A stretch of 64,000 nucleotides of DNA from Candidatus Eiseniibacteriota bacterium (GCA_044223005.1 JBGAML010000002.1:1-64000); one strand, 5' to 3'. Counted from the first letter of the stretch, positions 9,379-18,760 are shown. Program-made: numbers and translations. Notes: generated from the sequence alone by a model not told the origin.

Positions 9379-10406
9379 GCGCCGGAGCTCGTGCCGAACA
9401 GCGCGTAGCGCTTGAAGATCACCGAATGGTGGCGCGCGCTCATGCGCATGCTCGCGTTGTCCACGTGCATCAGCGCGTGCAGCACGCTGCGCAGCCCGAA
9501 TGCGACGCAGGCCTCGCGGAAGTCTTCGAGCAGCAGTCCGCCCAGCCCGGCGCTGCGCGCTGCCGGCGCGACCGCGACCGTCTTGCAGATGCCACGCACC
9601 GGCCGGCCGTCCACGAGCGCGAGCGGGTCGGGGAAGCCGAACAGGTAGCCGGCGAGCGTGCCGTCGGGCGCGGTCGCGAGCCGCACGAGCGAGGGCACCG
9701 CGCGTTCGCGGTAGGGCGCGTAGAGCGCGAGGAACGGCTCGCGCGGCAGCGGCGCGTACCACGCGTTGGCCGCGAACGCGTCCAGGCTGAGCGCGTGCAT
9801 CGCGGCGAGCGTCTCGTCGAAGCGCGCCGGGTCGAGCGCGTGCAGGCGGTAGCCGCGCGCGGTCGCGCGCTCCCGCGCCGCCGCGTGCGCCTCGGGCGCG
9901 GGCTGCGCGTCGGGCTCGCAGCGGCTCTCGTAGCGCGACACCACCTCGAGCCCCGCGGCCGCGAAGTCGTCCGGGTAGCGCGCGGGATTGCGGGGCTCGG
10001 AGCCGAAGCCGTCCGGGCGCAGGTCGGGATCCCCCGGCTCGCGCGGCAGCTCGAACCGGTAGCGCCGCCACGTATTCCCGTTCATCGGGCCGACCACGCG
10101 CGTCGCGCCCGCAGCGAGCAGCCGCGCGACGGCGGCGCGGACGAGCGCGACACCGGCCTCGGCGTCCGCGGCCTCGTAGTGGCCGATCATTCCCGTGCGC
10201 CCCGTCGCGCCCACGAGGCCGTCGGCGAGCCAGAGGCTCGCGCGTGCGCGCGCCGTGCCGGGCTCGCCCGCGAACGCGAGCGAGTCGGCGCCGTCGACGG
10301 GGTCGATGTCGCCGCGGTGTCCTTCGGGGACCGCGGCGACGAACGCCGCGCGTACCTCGGGCGATGCGGGATCGGCGAACACGATGCGGGGCTCGCTCAC
10401 GGTCAC
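9375..10406 (-). CDS. GNAT-fold putative N-acyltransferase
   Basis: IGHYEAADAEAG...VVGPMNGNTWRRYRF, EPRNPARYP, and KTVAVAPAARSAGLGGLL resembling GNAT motif A. GTGA-coupled start. Confidence 0.65.
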   Translation of the reverse strand: MTVSEPRIVFADPASPEVRAAFVAAVPEGHRGDIDPVDGADSLAFAGEPGTARARASLWLADGLVGATGRTGMIGHYEAADAEAGVALVRAAVARLLAAGATRVVGPMNGNTWRRYRFELPREPGDPDLRPDGFGSEPRNPARYPDDFAAAGLEVVSRYESRCEPDAQPAPEAHAAARERATARGYRLHALDPARFDETLAAMHALSLDAFAANAWYAPLPREPFLALYAPYRERAVPSLVRLATAPDGTLAGYLFGFPDPLALVDGRPVRGICKTVAVAPAARSAGLGGLLLEDFREACVAFGLRSVLHALMHVDNASMRMSARHHSVIFKRYALFGTSSGA

Positions 10407-11821
10407 GGCCTCCACGGCAGGAGCCCGGCCCACGCGAAGTGGACCGGCAGGACGACCAACGCGGCGACGAACGTCGAACGCGACGCGCTGCGCAGCGCGG
10501 GCACCGCTCCGGGCGTGCGCGGCCGGCGCCGGAACACGAGCCGGTCGAGCGCCACCGCGAGCACGGCCACGAGCGTCGCCGCGGCGATCGTCTCGGTGGT
10601 GACGTGCGCGCCGAACGCCGCGAGCCCCGGCACGAGCACCGCGAGGCCCGCGCCGAGCACCGCGAGCGTGGCGCGGGCGATCGGTGCGCGGCCGCGCGCG
10701 CCGGGAATGGCGTCACCCATCTCGAGTGTGACGATCGCGAGCGGACCGGCGAGCGCGCCGACGAACAGCGGGAAGAGCGGGTGCCCCGAGCGCAGCACCT
10801 CGTGCACCGGCAGGAGCGTGGCGAAGGTGTTGTCCGCGAACAGCAGCAGCACCGCGACGATGCTCGTGTGCCAGGTCGCGCGCACCTGGTGGCCGCCGCG
10901 CGGCAGGCCGTGCTCGCCGCCCAGGCGCGCGTCGAGCACGAGGAAGCCCGCGAGCGCGCCGAGCGGAGCGAGCGTCCACGCGGGGCCGCCGAGGCTGAAC
11001 GCGGCGTAGAGCACGAGGTGCGCGGCGACCGCGCCCGAGAGCGTGAGGAAGCGCGTTCGCCACGCGATCGCCGACGTCAGCAGCAGCAGCGCGACCTGCG
11101 CGAACAGCTGGATCGCGATCACCGGCGCCGGGTGCGGCGTCATCTTGACGAGCAGGTAGTAGGTGCCGAGGGGCACGGCGAGGTTGTCGTTCCCGCTCGG
11201 GCTGATGGCCTCGAAGCTGGCGACGAGCAGCGCGATCTGCGCCGCCACCAGCACACTCGAGAGCCGGTCGGTGGGCGTCGCGAGCAGCAGCGCGAGATGC
11301 ACGGCGAGGAACGTGACCAGCGCGAACACCGCCGAGCCCTCGAGGCTCTTGCGGTCCTCGCCGACGGCGTAGCCGAGCCGGCCGTAGGTGCGGCCGATCA
11401 GCGCGGCGGCCGAATCCGCGAGCACCAGCACCGCGAGCGCGATCGCGTAGAAGACCGGCTGGTGCCGCGCGACGGCGAACAGCACGTAGACGCCGATCGG
11501 GAACCAGAGCTCGCCCCTGGACCGCCGTTCCACCGCGGTGACACTCGGCAGCAGCGTGGCCGCGCGCGCCAGGCCCAGCGTACCCGCCGACAGCGCGGCC
11601 AGGCCGAGCACCGTCCAGTGCCACTGGAAGAGCCACGGAAACGTGCCGCAGACGAGGCCGCCGCCCACGTGCACGAACTTGCGCGTCCACTCGACGGGCG
11701 GCGCCGCGCGCCGGCGCCAGATCTCCGCGAGGACGAAGATCGCGAGGAACGCGCCGGCGACGAGCGCGGCGCGCGCGAGTTCGCCCGCGAGCGTGCCGTG
11801 CGCGGGCAGGAACGCGGTCAC
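10403..11821 (-). CDS. CTP-dependent polyprenol/phytol/dolichol kinase-like membrane protein with extra C-terminal TM region
   Basis: EWTRKFVHVGGG, DSAAALIGRTYG, KSLEGS and DNLAVPL motifs of the CTP_transf_1/phytol kinase family. GTGA-coupled start at 11821. Confidence 0.75.
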   Translation of the reverse strand: MTAFLPAHGTLAGELARAALVAGAFLAIFVLAEIWRRRAAPPVEWTRKFVHVGGGLVCGTFPWLFQWHWTVLGLAALSAGTLGLARAATLLPSVTAVERRSRGELWFPIGVYVLFAVARHQPVFYAIALAVLVLADSAAALIGRTYGRLGYAVGEDRKSLEGSAVFALVTFLAVHLALLLATPTDRLSSVLVAAQIALLVASFEAISPSGNDNLAVPLGTYYLLVKMTPHPAPVIAIQLFAQVALLLLTSAIAWRTRFLTLSGAVAAHLVLYAAFSLGGPAWTLAPLGALAGFLVLDARLGGEHGLPRGGHQVRATWHTSIVAVLLLFADNTFATLLPVHEVLRSGHPLFPLFVGALAGPLAIVTLEMGDAIPGARGRAPIARATLAVLGAGLAVLVPGLAAFGAHVTTETIAAATLVAVLAVALDRLVFRRRPRTPGAVPALRSASRSTFVAALVVLPVHFAWAGLLPWRP

Positions 11822-12912
11822 GCGAGCACCTCGTCGATCCGGAACGCGCGGTAGAACCACGCGCGATCGTGCGCGTGCAGCGCCTCGGCTTCGTCGGTGC
11901 ACTCGCGCACGCGCGCGGCGAACGCGTCCGGGCGGCGGCGCGGCGCGAGCATGTTCCAGTAGGCGAGCCGCGCGCCGGGGCGCGCGCGCTCGAGCAGCGC
12001 GCCGTAGACGCGGGTGCATTCGGGCAGGGGCATGTACTCGAAGATATCGCTCAGGTTGTAGGCGTCGAAAGGCCCCTCGGCCGTCTCGATCGGGCCGAGC
12101 CGGAGCACGAGCCGGTCGAGCCGCGCGCGGATCACGGCCGTGTGTTCCGGCCGCAGCCAGCGTGGCGGCGCCTCGGGTACGAAGCCCTCCGCGAGGATGG
12201 CGCGGAAGTAGGGGTTGGTGCGCACGGGCATGCGCGTGATTGCGCCGCGCGTGGCGGCGAGGATGCGCTCGCCGACCGAGCCTTCGACCTGCTCGAAGAA
12301 TGCGGGATCGCGTCCGGCGCGACCCATGACGAAGCGGCTGAAGAAGAGCTTGAACAGCAGCCGCCAGCGCCACGTGTTCCAGCGCCGCGCGTAGAACGCT
12401 TCGGCCGGCTCGCCGCCGTCGAGCGCGGCGAGCGCGCGGATGGTGGCCTCCGAATGGACGAGCGGCAGCACGCGGCGGCGGAACGTGCGCAGGTAGCGCT
12501 CGAACTTGCCGGCGCGGCTCGCACCCATCGCGATCGCCTCCGGGTGCGCGTCCCAGAACGCGCGCGCGTCGTCGGGCAGCGCGTTCCGGAGCCGCGCGTA
12601 GGTGCCCGCGCGATCGTCGGCGGGCGCGAGCCCCATGAAGCCGAGCAGCGTCGCGTCGTCGAGCGCGCGCAGCGCCGCGATCCGCAGGTGCACGCACGCG
12701 AGCTGCGCGCGCGAGAGGTCGGCCGCGACCACCTGCGCGGGATCGAGCGTGAGCAGCGCGAGCGCGTTGTCGCCGGCCGAGGCGATACTCAGCACGCGGC
12801 CACCGCGCGCGGGGCTGGCGAGCGCGTCGCACAGCACGTCGGCATCCTCCCAGACGGCGGCGTAGCGGACGAAGTCGAACGCGGCGCGTTCCTGGATCCC
12901 GTCGCGGCTCAC
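11818..12912 (-). CDS. DUF3419 / BtaA-like SAM-dependent 3-amino-3-carboxypropyl transferase
   Basis: RYAAVWEDADVL, LSIASAGDNALALL, GKFERY, YNLSDIFEYM, ARLAYWNML and DRAWFY. GTGA-coupled start at 12912. Confidence 0.75.
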   Translation of the reverse strand: MSRDGIQERAAFDFVRYAAVWEDADVLCDALASPARGGRVLSIASAGDNALALLTLDPAQVVAADLSRAQLACVHLRIAALRALDDATLLGFMGLAPADDRAGTYARLRNALPDDARAFWDAHPEAIAMGASRAGKFERYLRTFRRRVLPLVHSEATIRALAALDGGEPAEAFYARRWNTWRWRLLFKLFFSRFVMGRAGRDPAFFEQVEGSVGERILAATRGAITRMPVRTNPYFRAILAEGFVPEAPPRWLRPEHTAVIRARLDRLVLRLGPIETAEGPFDAYNLSDIFEYMPLPECTRVYGALLERARPGARLAYWNMLAPRRRPDAFAARVRECTDEAEALHAHDRAWFYRAFRIDEVLA

Positions 12913-15614
12913 GTGGCCTCCCCGGCGGCGAGCCGGCGGATCGTGCCCGCCGTGCCGTCCATCTCCACGATCTCGCCGTCGCGCAGCGTCTCGAGCAGTC
13001 CCGCGACGCCGACGATGCATGGCAGGCCCATCTCGCGCGCGACGATCGCCGAGTGGCTGAGCAGGCTGCCGCGCTGGACGAGCAGTCCGGAGACGGCGGG
13101 GAAGAGCAGCGTCCAGCCGGGATCAGTGCGTTCGGCGACGAGGATCGCGCCCGCGAGCTCGCGCGCGCCCGCGGGGTCGCGCACCACGCGTACGCGCGCG
13201 CGCACCACGCCGGGGCAGCAGCCCAGGCCGTGCAGGTCGCCCGCGGCCGGTGCCGCGGGGGCGACGTACGCCGCGAGCTCGGGCGGATCGTGCGCGAGCC
13301 AGTCGCGGACCGCGCCGTGCGTCTCGAAGCGATCCGGCGGCGCCGGGGCCTTCGCCCACGCCGCGAAGCGCGATTGGCGCGCGGCGACGCGTGGCGCAAG
13401 CGGCCCGGCCGCGGGCCGGCCCTCGGCTTCGGCGAGCGCTTCCTCCACGGTGAGCCAGAGCACGTCACGCGCGCTCGCGAGCCGGCCCGCTTCGGCGAGC
13501 CGCGCCCCGAGCGCGAGGAAGAGCCGGCGGATGACGCCGAACACGCGCGTGCGCTCGAAGCGCAGGTTCTCGCGGTCGCGCACGCGCCGGCGCGCCTGCG
13601 CGAGGATCGCGCGGAACGCCCAGCGCCTCGGGCCCCGCAGCGCGCCGAGCACGCGTGCTTCGGCGGCGGCGCGGATCGCGCGCTCGTGCGCGAGCGCGGC
13701 GTCGGGGTCGAGCGAGCCCTGCGCCGCGTAGGTGCGGAGCGCGTGCACCAGGAACGCCGGGTCCTCGCGCAGCGTGATCGTCTCCAGCTCGAGTTCGTTC
13801 ATGCAGCGGTCGCCCCACCGCGCGACGTAGGCGTCGAGCCGCGCGCCGAACGCTTCGTGTGGTGTCCCGTGCAGCGCTCGCCAGAGCTCGGCGTCGCTCG
13901 CGCCGCCGGCGAGCAGGGCCCGCAGCGCGTCGTCCGCGGCGGCGTCGCGCGCGAGCGCCATGACGGCGCGCGCGGGCTCGGTGGACACGATGCCGCCCTC
14001 GCCGCAGAGCAGTTCGTTGGCGAGCGTGGGCGGTTCGCCCGGCACCCAGCGTTCCAGGGCCTTGCACAGCACGCCGAAGAACAGCATCGCGAAGAAGTCG
14101 TTGACGAGCGGCGCGCGCCAGTGCGCGAGCAGCTCGCGCTCGAGCCGCCGGTAGAGCGCGCCCAGCTCGGCCGGCGTGCGCGCCGTCAGGTCCTCGCTCG
14201 CGAGCGGCGCCAGCACGCCGTCCACGTGCGCGTGGAACGCGGGGACGTCGCGCGCGAGCGCGCGCGAGGCGCCGATCATGCGGGCCACCATGGCGACGAG
14301 CGCGGCGAGGTCGCGCAGGCGGTCGGCCGAACGTGCGGGCGGCGGCGGGTCTTCGAGCCGCTCGCGCACGCCCATCATGCGCTCCATGAAGCCGCGGTTG
14401 AACGCGAAGCCCGGCAGCAGCGCGAGCGTGCGGTACCAGGAGAGCAGCGGGTAGTAGACGCGCCCGCGCACGAGCCCGAGCATGTTCGCGAACACCGGCG
14501 CGTGCGCCGCGACCCGCTCGCGCGGGACGCCCATGATCGTGCAGAACTGGCGATACACGTCCTCGTAGACCGCGCGCGCGAACGTGAACGTGAGCGGCGT
14601 CGTGACGCCCGCGTAGCTCTCGACGATGTTGCTGTTGTCCCAGATCCGCCGCTCCGGCTCGAGCGCCGCGGGCGCGCCCGGCGAATCGTCCGCGGGCGCT
14701 CGCAGCGTCGTGATCGGACGCGCCTGCAGCAGCACCACGCGCGGCGGCGTGCCCACGAGCGCCCACTCCACGTCCTGCGGCGCGCCGAAGACTTGCGAGA
14801 CCGCGCGCGTCCACGCCGCGACCGCCGTGGCCTGCGCGTCGTCCAGCGCGGGCGCGTTCGCGTGCGCCGCGTCGATCGGCTCGCGCACGAGCTGCCCGCC
14901 GCGCGCGTGGACCACCTGCGTCTTCGCGGCGATCACGCGTTCGCGAACGCGCCACGCGCCGTTCTCGAACGCGAGCCGCCACGTGTCCGCATCCGTCTCG
15001 CCCGACACCAGCGCTTCGCCCAGTCCCGGCACCGCGCTCACCACGACCACGTCGCGCGCCCCGGTCACGGGGTCGGCGTCGAACGCCACGCCCGCGGCGA
15101 GCGGCACGACCATTTGCTGCACGATCACCGCCATCGCCGGCGGTTCGCCGCCCGCGTGCGCACCCGCGTAGGCGGCGGCGTGCGCGCGCGTCGTGGACGC
15201 CCACACCGCGAGCACGGCGGCCCACACCGCGTCCGCGTCGGCGCGCACGCCGAGCACCGATGCGTACTGCCCCGCGAACGACGCGGCCGCGCCATCCTCG
15301 GCCGTCGCCGACGAGCGCACCGCGAGTTCGTCCGCGCCCGGCAGCAGCGTCGCGAGCGCCAGCTCGAGCCCGCGCCGCAGGTCGCCGGGGCAGGCGAGCG
15401 CGCGGATCGCCCCCGCATGCGCCTCCGGAGCGTCCGGCAGAACGCCCGTGAGCGCGACGAACGCCTCCGCGCGCAGCGCGAACCACGCGGGCACTTCGGC
15501 ACGCGCGTCGCCGGGACCGTGCACCGCCGCGAGGCGGGCGAGCGCCTCGGCCTTGCCTCCGATCGTGCGCCGTGATTCGGGCGCGCCGCCGGGAACGGCG
15601 ATCCAGTCGTGCAC
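12909..15614 (-). CDS. PEP-utilising dikinase-like enzyme with rifampin phosphotransferase/PigC architecture
   Basis: ATP-grasp motifs (IGGKA, AVRSSATAED..SFAGQY, QDVEWA, LLQARPIT), a large central domain, and a C-terminal His swivel (TDPGW...GSLLSHSAIVAREMGLPCIVGV). Start is GTG 15614 or CTG 15620. Confidence 0.85.
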   Translation of the reverse strand: MHDWIAVPGGAPESRRTIGGKAEALARLAAVHGPGDARAEVPAWFALRAEAFVALTGVLPDAPEAHAGAIRALACPGDLRRGLELALATLLPGADELAVRSSATAEDGAAASFAGQYASVLGVRADADAVWAAVLAVWASTTRAHAAAYAGAHAGGEPPAMAVIVQQMVVPLAAGVAFDADPVTGARDVVVVSAVPGLGEALVSGETDADTWRLAFENGAWRVRERVIAAKTQVVHARGGQLVREPIDAAHANAPALDDAQATAVAAWTRAVSQVFGAPQDVEWALVGTPPRVVLLQARPITTLRAPADDSPGAPAALEPERRIWDNSNIVESYAGVTTPLTFTFARAVYEDVYRQFCTIMGVPRERVAAHAPVFANMLGLVRGRVYYPLLSWYRTLALLPGFAFNRGFMERMMGVRERLEDPPPPARSADRLRDLAALVAMVARMIGASRALARDVPAFHAHVDGVLAPLASEDLTARTPAELGALYRRLERELLAHWRAPLVNDFFAMLFFGVLCKALERWVPGEPPTLANELLCGEGGIVSTEPARAVMALARDAAADDALRALLAGGASDAELWRALHGTPHEAFGARLDAYVARWGDRCMNELELETITLREDPAFLVHALRTYAAQGSLDPDAALAHERAIRAAAEARVLGALRGPRRWAFRAILAQARRRVRDRENLRFERTRVFGVIRRLFLALGARLAEAGRLASARDVLWLTVEEALAEAEGRPAAGPLAPRVAARQSRFAAWAKAPAPPDRFETHGAVRDWLAHDPPELAAYVAPAAPAAGDLHGLGCCPGVVRARVRVVRDPAGARELAGAILVAERTDPGWTLLFPAVSGLLVQRGSLLSHSAIVAREMGLPCIVGVAGLLETLRDGEIVEMDGTAGTIRRLAAGEAT

Positions 15615-15616
15615 GC

Positions 15617-16594
15617 TCAGCGCCCCAGCCCGCGCTCGAGGAGCGGCAGCGCGCCCAGCGTCAGGTACGACACGAACCCCCACAGCCCGCTCATGGTCTC
15701 CACCTGCTTCGCCGCGCGGGCGTCGCGCGTCGCGAGGAAACGCACCGCGGGGATCGCGAGCAGCGCCGCCGCGGGCGCCGCGATCGCGAGCGACGGCGCG
15801 GCCAGGTGCGTCGCGCGCGCGGCGCACGTCACGCAGCCGACCGCCGCCGCGAGCACGAGCAGCCACGCTGCGGGCGCGAGGCGCACGCCCCAGGCGTGCG
15901 TGTACGTGTCGACGCCCTCGCGCTCGTCGGCGGGGGCGCGCAGCTTGCGCCCGATCTCGATCAGGACGCCGTTGGCGAACGTCGCCGCGAGAAACCACGG
16001 CAGCCCCGAGGGCGCGTGCCGGCCCGCGACCCACCAGTCGAGCCCGGTCGTGTACGCGTCGATCATGGGCATGATCAGCATGTGCGTGACGAGGTAGGCG
16101 CCGAGGTGCGCGCGCAGCCACTCGCGCACGAAGAACTCGCGCGTCATGAGCGTCGCCCACACCGCGAAGAAGACGAGCGGCAGGATCATCACCGGCGCGA
16201 CCACCAGGTTCGCCGCCAGCGCGATCGCGGACACGGCCGCGGCGGCGAGCCGCAGCTCGTGCAGCGTCACGAGCCCGCGCGGCACCGGCAGCTCGGGGCG
16301 GAAGCGGCGGTCCGTGTCGGCGTCCTTGTGCTCGTCGAGTACCCGCAGCAGCCCGAAGCAGGTGAGCGCGGTGAACGCCCCCGCCGCGAACACCGGCCAC
16401 GGAATGAAGCCCTCGGCGCCCGCCATGCCCGCCGCACGGCGCGCGGCGCGCGAGTACGACGCCGACGCGAACGTGAAGACGGTGATGAGCGGCGCGTAGC
16501 CCGCGAGCGGGAAGCGCTCGGACTGGTAGCGCCAGAGCCGCGCCGCGAGCGGCGCGCGCGCCTCAGGAGGAGGCGGGACGGCCGAGCCGCTCAT
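15617..16594 (-). CDS. UbiA-superfamily prenyltransferase-like membrane protein
   Basis: Multi-TM; Asp-rich LRVLDEHKDADTDRRFRPELPVPRG and second motif EIGRKLRAPADEREGVDTY. Confidence 0.7.
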   Translation of the reverse strand: MSGSAVPPPPEARAPLAARLWRYQSERFPLAGYAPLITVFTFASASYSRAARRAAGMAGAEGFIPWPVFAAGAFTALTCFGLLRVLDEHKDADTDRRFRPELPVPRGLVTLHELRLAAAAVSAIALAANLVVAPVMILPLVFFAVWATLMTREFFVREWLRAHLGAYLVTHMLIMPMIDAYTTGLDWWVAGRHAPSGLPWFLAATFANGVLIEIGRKLRAPADEREGVDTYTHAWGVRLAPAAWLLVLAAAVGCVTCAARATHLAAPSLAIAAPAAALLAIPAVRFLATRDARAAKQVETMSGLWGFVSYLTLGALPLLERGLGR

Positions 16595-17846
16595 GCGAGC
16601 GCGAGAAGTGGCCGGCGCAGATCGCGCCGATGATCGAGATCTCGCCGGCGAGCAGCGTGCCCGCGACGATCTCGGCGAACTTGGCCGCCTTGCCCTCGCC
16701 CTCGCAGCGCATGATCCGCAGACATTCGCGCGCCGTGGGCATGCGCGTGCCGCCGCCGACGGTGCCCACGATCAGGTTGGGAAGGTCGAGCCCGCAGTAG
16801 AGGTCGCCCGACGGCGTGAGTTCCATGTGCGTGAGCCCGACGCTCGCCTCGCTCACGCAGGCCACGTCCTGGCCGGTCGCGAGGAACACGGCCGCGATAC
16901 CGTTGGCCACGTGGCCGCTGACGCCGATCGAGCCGCTCTGCACGCCGCCGATGAAGCTGAGCCGCCAGTACTCGCACATGCGCTCGGGAGTGGTGTGCAG
17001 GCCGCGCTCGACGAGGCCGCGCGGCAGCACGACCTCCGCCATCACCCGGCGCCCGCGCGTCTGGAGGAAGCTCAGCACCGTCGCCTTCTTGTCGCCGGAC
17101 ATGTTGGATTCGAGGAACCACTCGCGCGGTTTCACCGGCGTGCGCGCGAGCAGGTCGGCGCAGATCGCGTCGGCGCAGAACGTCACCATGTTCTGTCCCG
17201 ACGCATCGCCCGTGTGGAACGCGAGGATCAGGTAGACGCTCCTGCTCTCGACCTGCACCTGCAGGTCGAGCAACTCGCCGTGCGAGGTGCGTGTCGCCGT
17301 GATCGCCTTCAAGGTGTCGAACTCGCCCGTCACCCACGCCGCGAACTGCGCCGCGTCCGCGAGGTTCTCGAACACGAACCCGGGCGCGCGCTGCACCTGC
17401 TCGGCGGTGACGAGGCACGACACGCCGCCCGCGCGCGTCACCAGCCGCGCGCCGCGGTGGTAGCTCGCCGCCAGCACGCCCTCGGTGGTCGCGAGCGGCA
17501 CCGGGTAGTCGCCGTGCGCGTGCAGGCCGTTGATCCGGATCGGCCCCACGAGTCCCACGGGCACCTGCGCCATGCCGACGAACTGTTCGATGTTGCCCTG
17601 CAGCCACTCCGGATCCGGCGCCGGCGCCTCGCCCGAGAGGTGCGGGATCTCGACGCCCTGTTCGCGCAGCCACGCGCGTCGGGCGTCGCGTCCCTCGGCG
17701 CTGGCGTCGGCCGGGCGCGGGACGTCGGGCGGGAACGGGCGCTCCGCCTCGGGAACGGGGCGGAGGCGCTCCTTCAGCGCTTCGAGCGACGTGCCGCGCG
17801 CGAGCCGTTGGATGATGCCGTGGGCCTGATCCTTGGAGATGGGCAT
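16563..17846 (-). CDS. HMG-CoA reductase (class I-like)
   Basis: GNIEQFVG, PLATTEG, TGDASGQNM, SNMSGDKK, ATGQDVA, VGTVGGGT and C-terminal His (SHERLGR). Confidence 0.88.
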   Translation of the reverse strand: MPISKDQAHGIIQRLARGTSLEALKERLRPVPEAERPFPPDVPRPADASAEGRDARRAWLREQGVEIPHLSGEAPAPDPEWLQGNIEQFVGMAQVPVGLVGPIRINGLHAHGDYPVPLATTEGVLAASYHRGARLVTRAGGVSCLVTAEQVQRAPGFVFENLADAAQFAAWVTGEFDTLKAITATRTSHGELLDLQVQVESRSVYLILAFHTGDASGQNMVTFCADAICADLLARTPVKPREWFLESNMSGDKKATVLSFLQTRGRRVMAEVVLPRGLVERGLHTTPERMCEYWRLSFIGGVQSGSIGVSGHVANGIAAVFLATGQDVACVSEASVGLTHMELTPSGDLYCGLDLPNLIVGTVGGGTRMPTARECLRIMRCEGEGKAAKFAEIVAGTLLAGEISIIGAICAGHFSRSHERLGRPASS

Positions 17847-18037
17847 GCGGGGACTCTAACCGCCCGCGGCTCCCGTGACGAAACGGCGGTCGCATCGCGC
17901 GTGCCGGCCCGCGTTTCGCGGCGAAAAGTCCCGCCGCATGGAGCCACTCGTGCCGCCGGCCCGACCCGCGCCGGATTCCGTTGACGCGTGCCCGACGCGG
18001 GACCACATTGGAACTCGGCCGCGGGGAGGATCACGTC

Positions 18038-18760
18038 ATGACGCCCACCATCGACGGCATCATCGACCGCCAGCTGCGCCGCTGGGAACTCGAGCGCAGC
18101 ATCGCACGGGCCACGGGCGCGACGCATTCGCTCGAGCCCGCGTCCCAGCCCCTCATCACGGTCTCGCGCCAGCACGGCAGTCGCGGCGCCGAGATCGCCG
18201 CCGGCCTCGCGGAGCACTTCCAGTACACGCTGCTCCATCGCGACGTGATCGACCGGCTCTGCGAATCCACCGGCTACTCGCACCGGCTGCTCGAGGCGCT
18301 CGACGAGCGCACGCGATCGGGGATCGACACGTGGTGCGCGTCCATGGTGTCGGGCCACTACGTGGACTCGAGCGACTACGTGCGGGCGCTGTTCCAGACC
18401 ATCCAGTCGATCGCACGGCTGGGCGGCGTGGTCGTCGTCGGGCGCGGCTCGAACTTCATCGTCGGTCTCGACCACGGCTTCCACGTGCGCGTGGTCGCGC
18501 CGCGCGAAAGCCGCATCCAGCGCCTCATGGACCGTGAGGGGGTCGGCCGGCGCGAGGCCGAACGCGAGGTCTCCGCGTGCGACCGCGTGCGCTCCGAGTT
18601 CACGCGCCGCACGTTCGGCCGCTCGGCCGACGATCCGCTGGCGTACGACGTCGTGGTGAACTCCGATTCGATGCCGCCCGATGCGGCCTGCGACTGGCTC
18701 GCCGAGGCGGCGCGGCTCAAGTTCCACGGCTCGAGCCTGCTGGCCGAACGCGCCACCTGA
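18038..18760 (+). CDS. Cytidylate kinase-like family protein
   Basis: ITVSRQHGSRGAEIA P-loop variant, VVVGRGSNF and YDVVVNS; GGAGG RBS before ATG 18038. Confidence 0.8.
   Translation: MTPTIDGIIDRQLRRWELERSIARATGATHSLEPASQPLITVSRQHGSRGAEIAAGLAEHFQYTLLHRDVIDRLCESTGYSHRLLEALDERTRSGIDTWCASMVSGHYVDSSDYVRALFQTIQSIARLGGVVVVGRGSNFIVGLDHGFHVRVVAPRESRIQRLMDREGVGRREAEREVSACDRVRSEFTRRTFGRSADDPLAYDVVVNSDSMPPDAACDWLAEAARLKFHGSSLLAERAT

Noticed and set aside
12909..15614. Calling this gene ppsA or a rifampin resistance gene
   Set aside because: Domain order excludes PpsA, and the biosynthetic operon context argues against assigning resistance without data.
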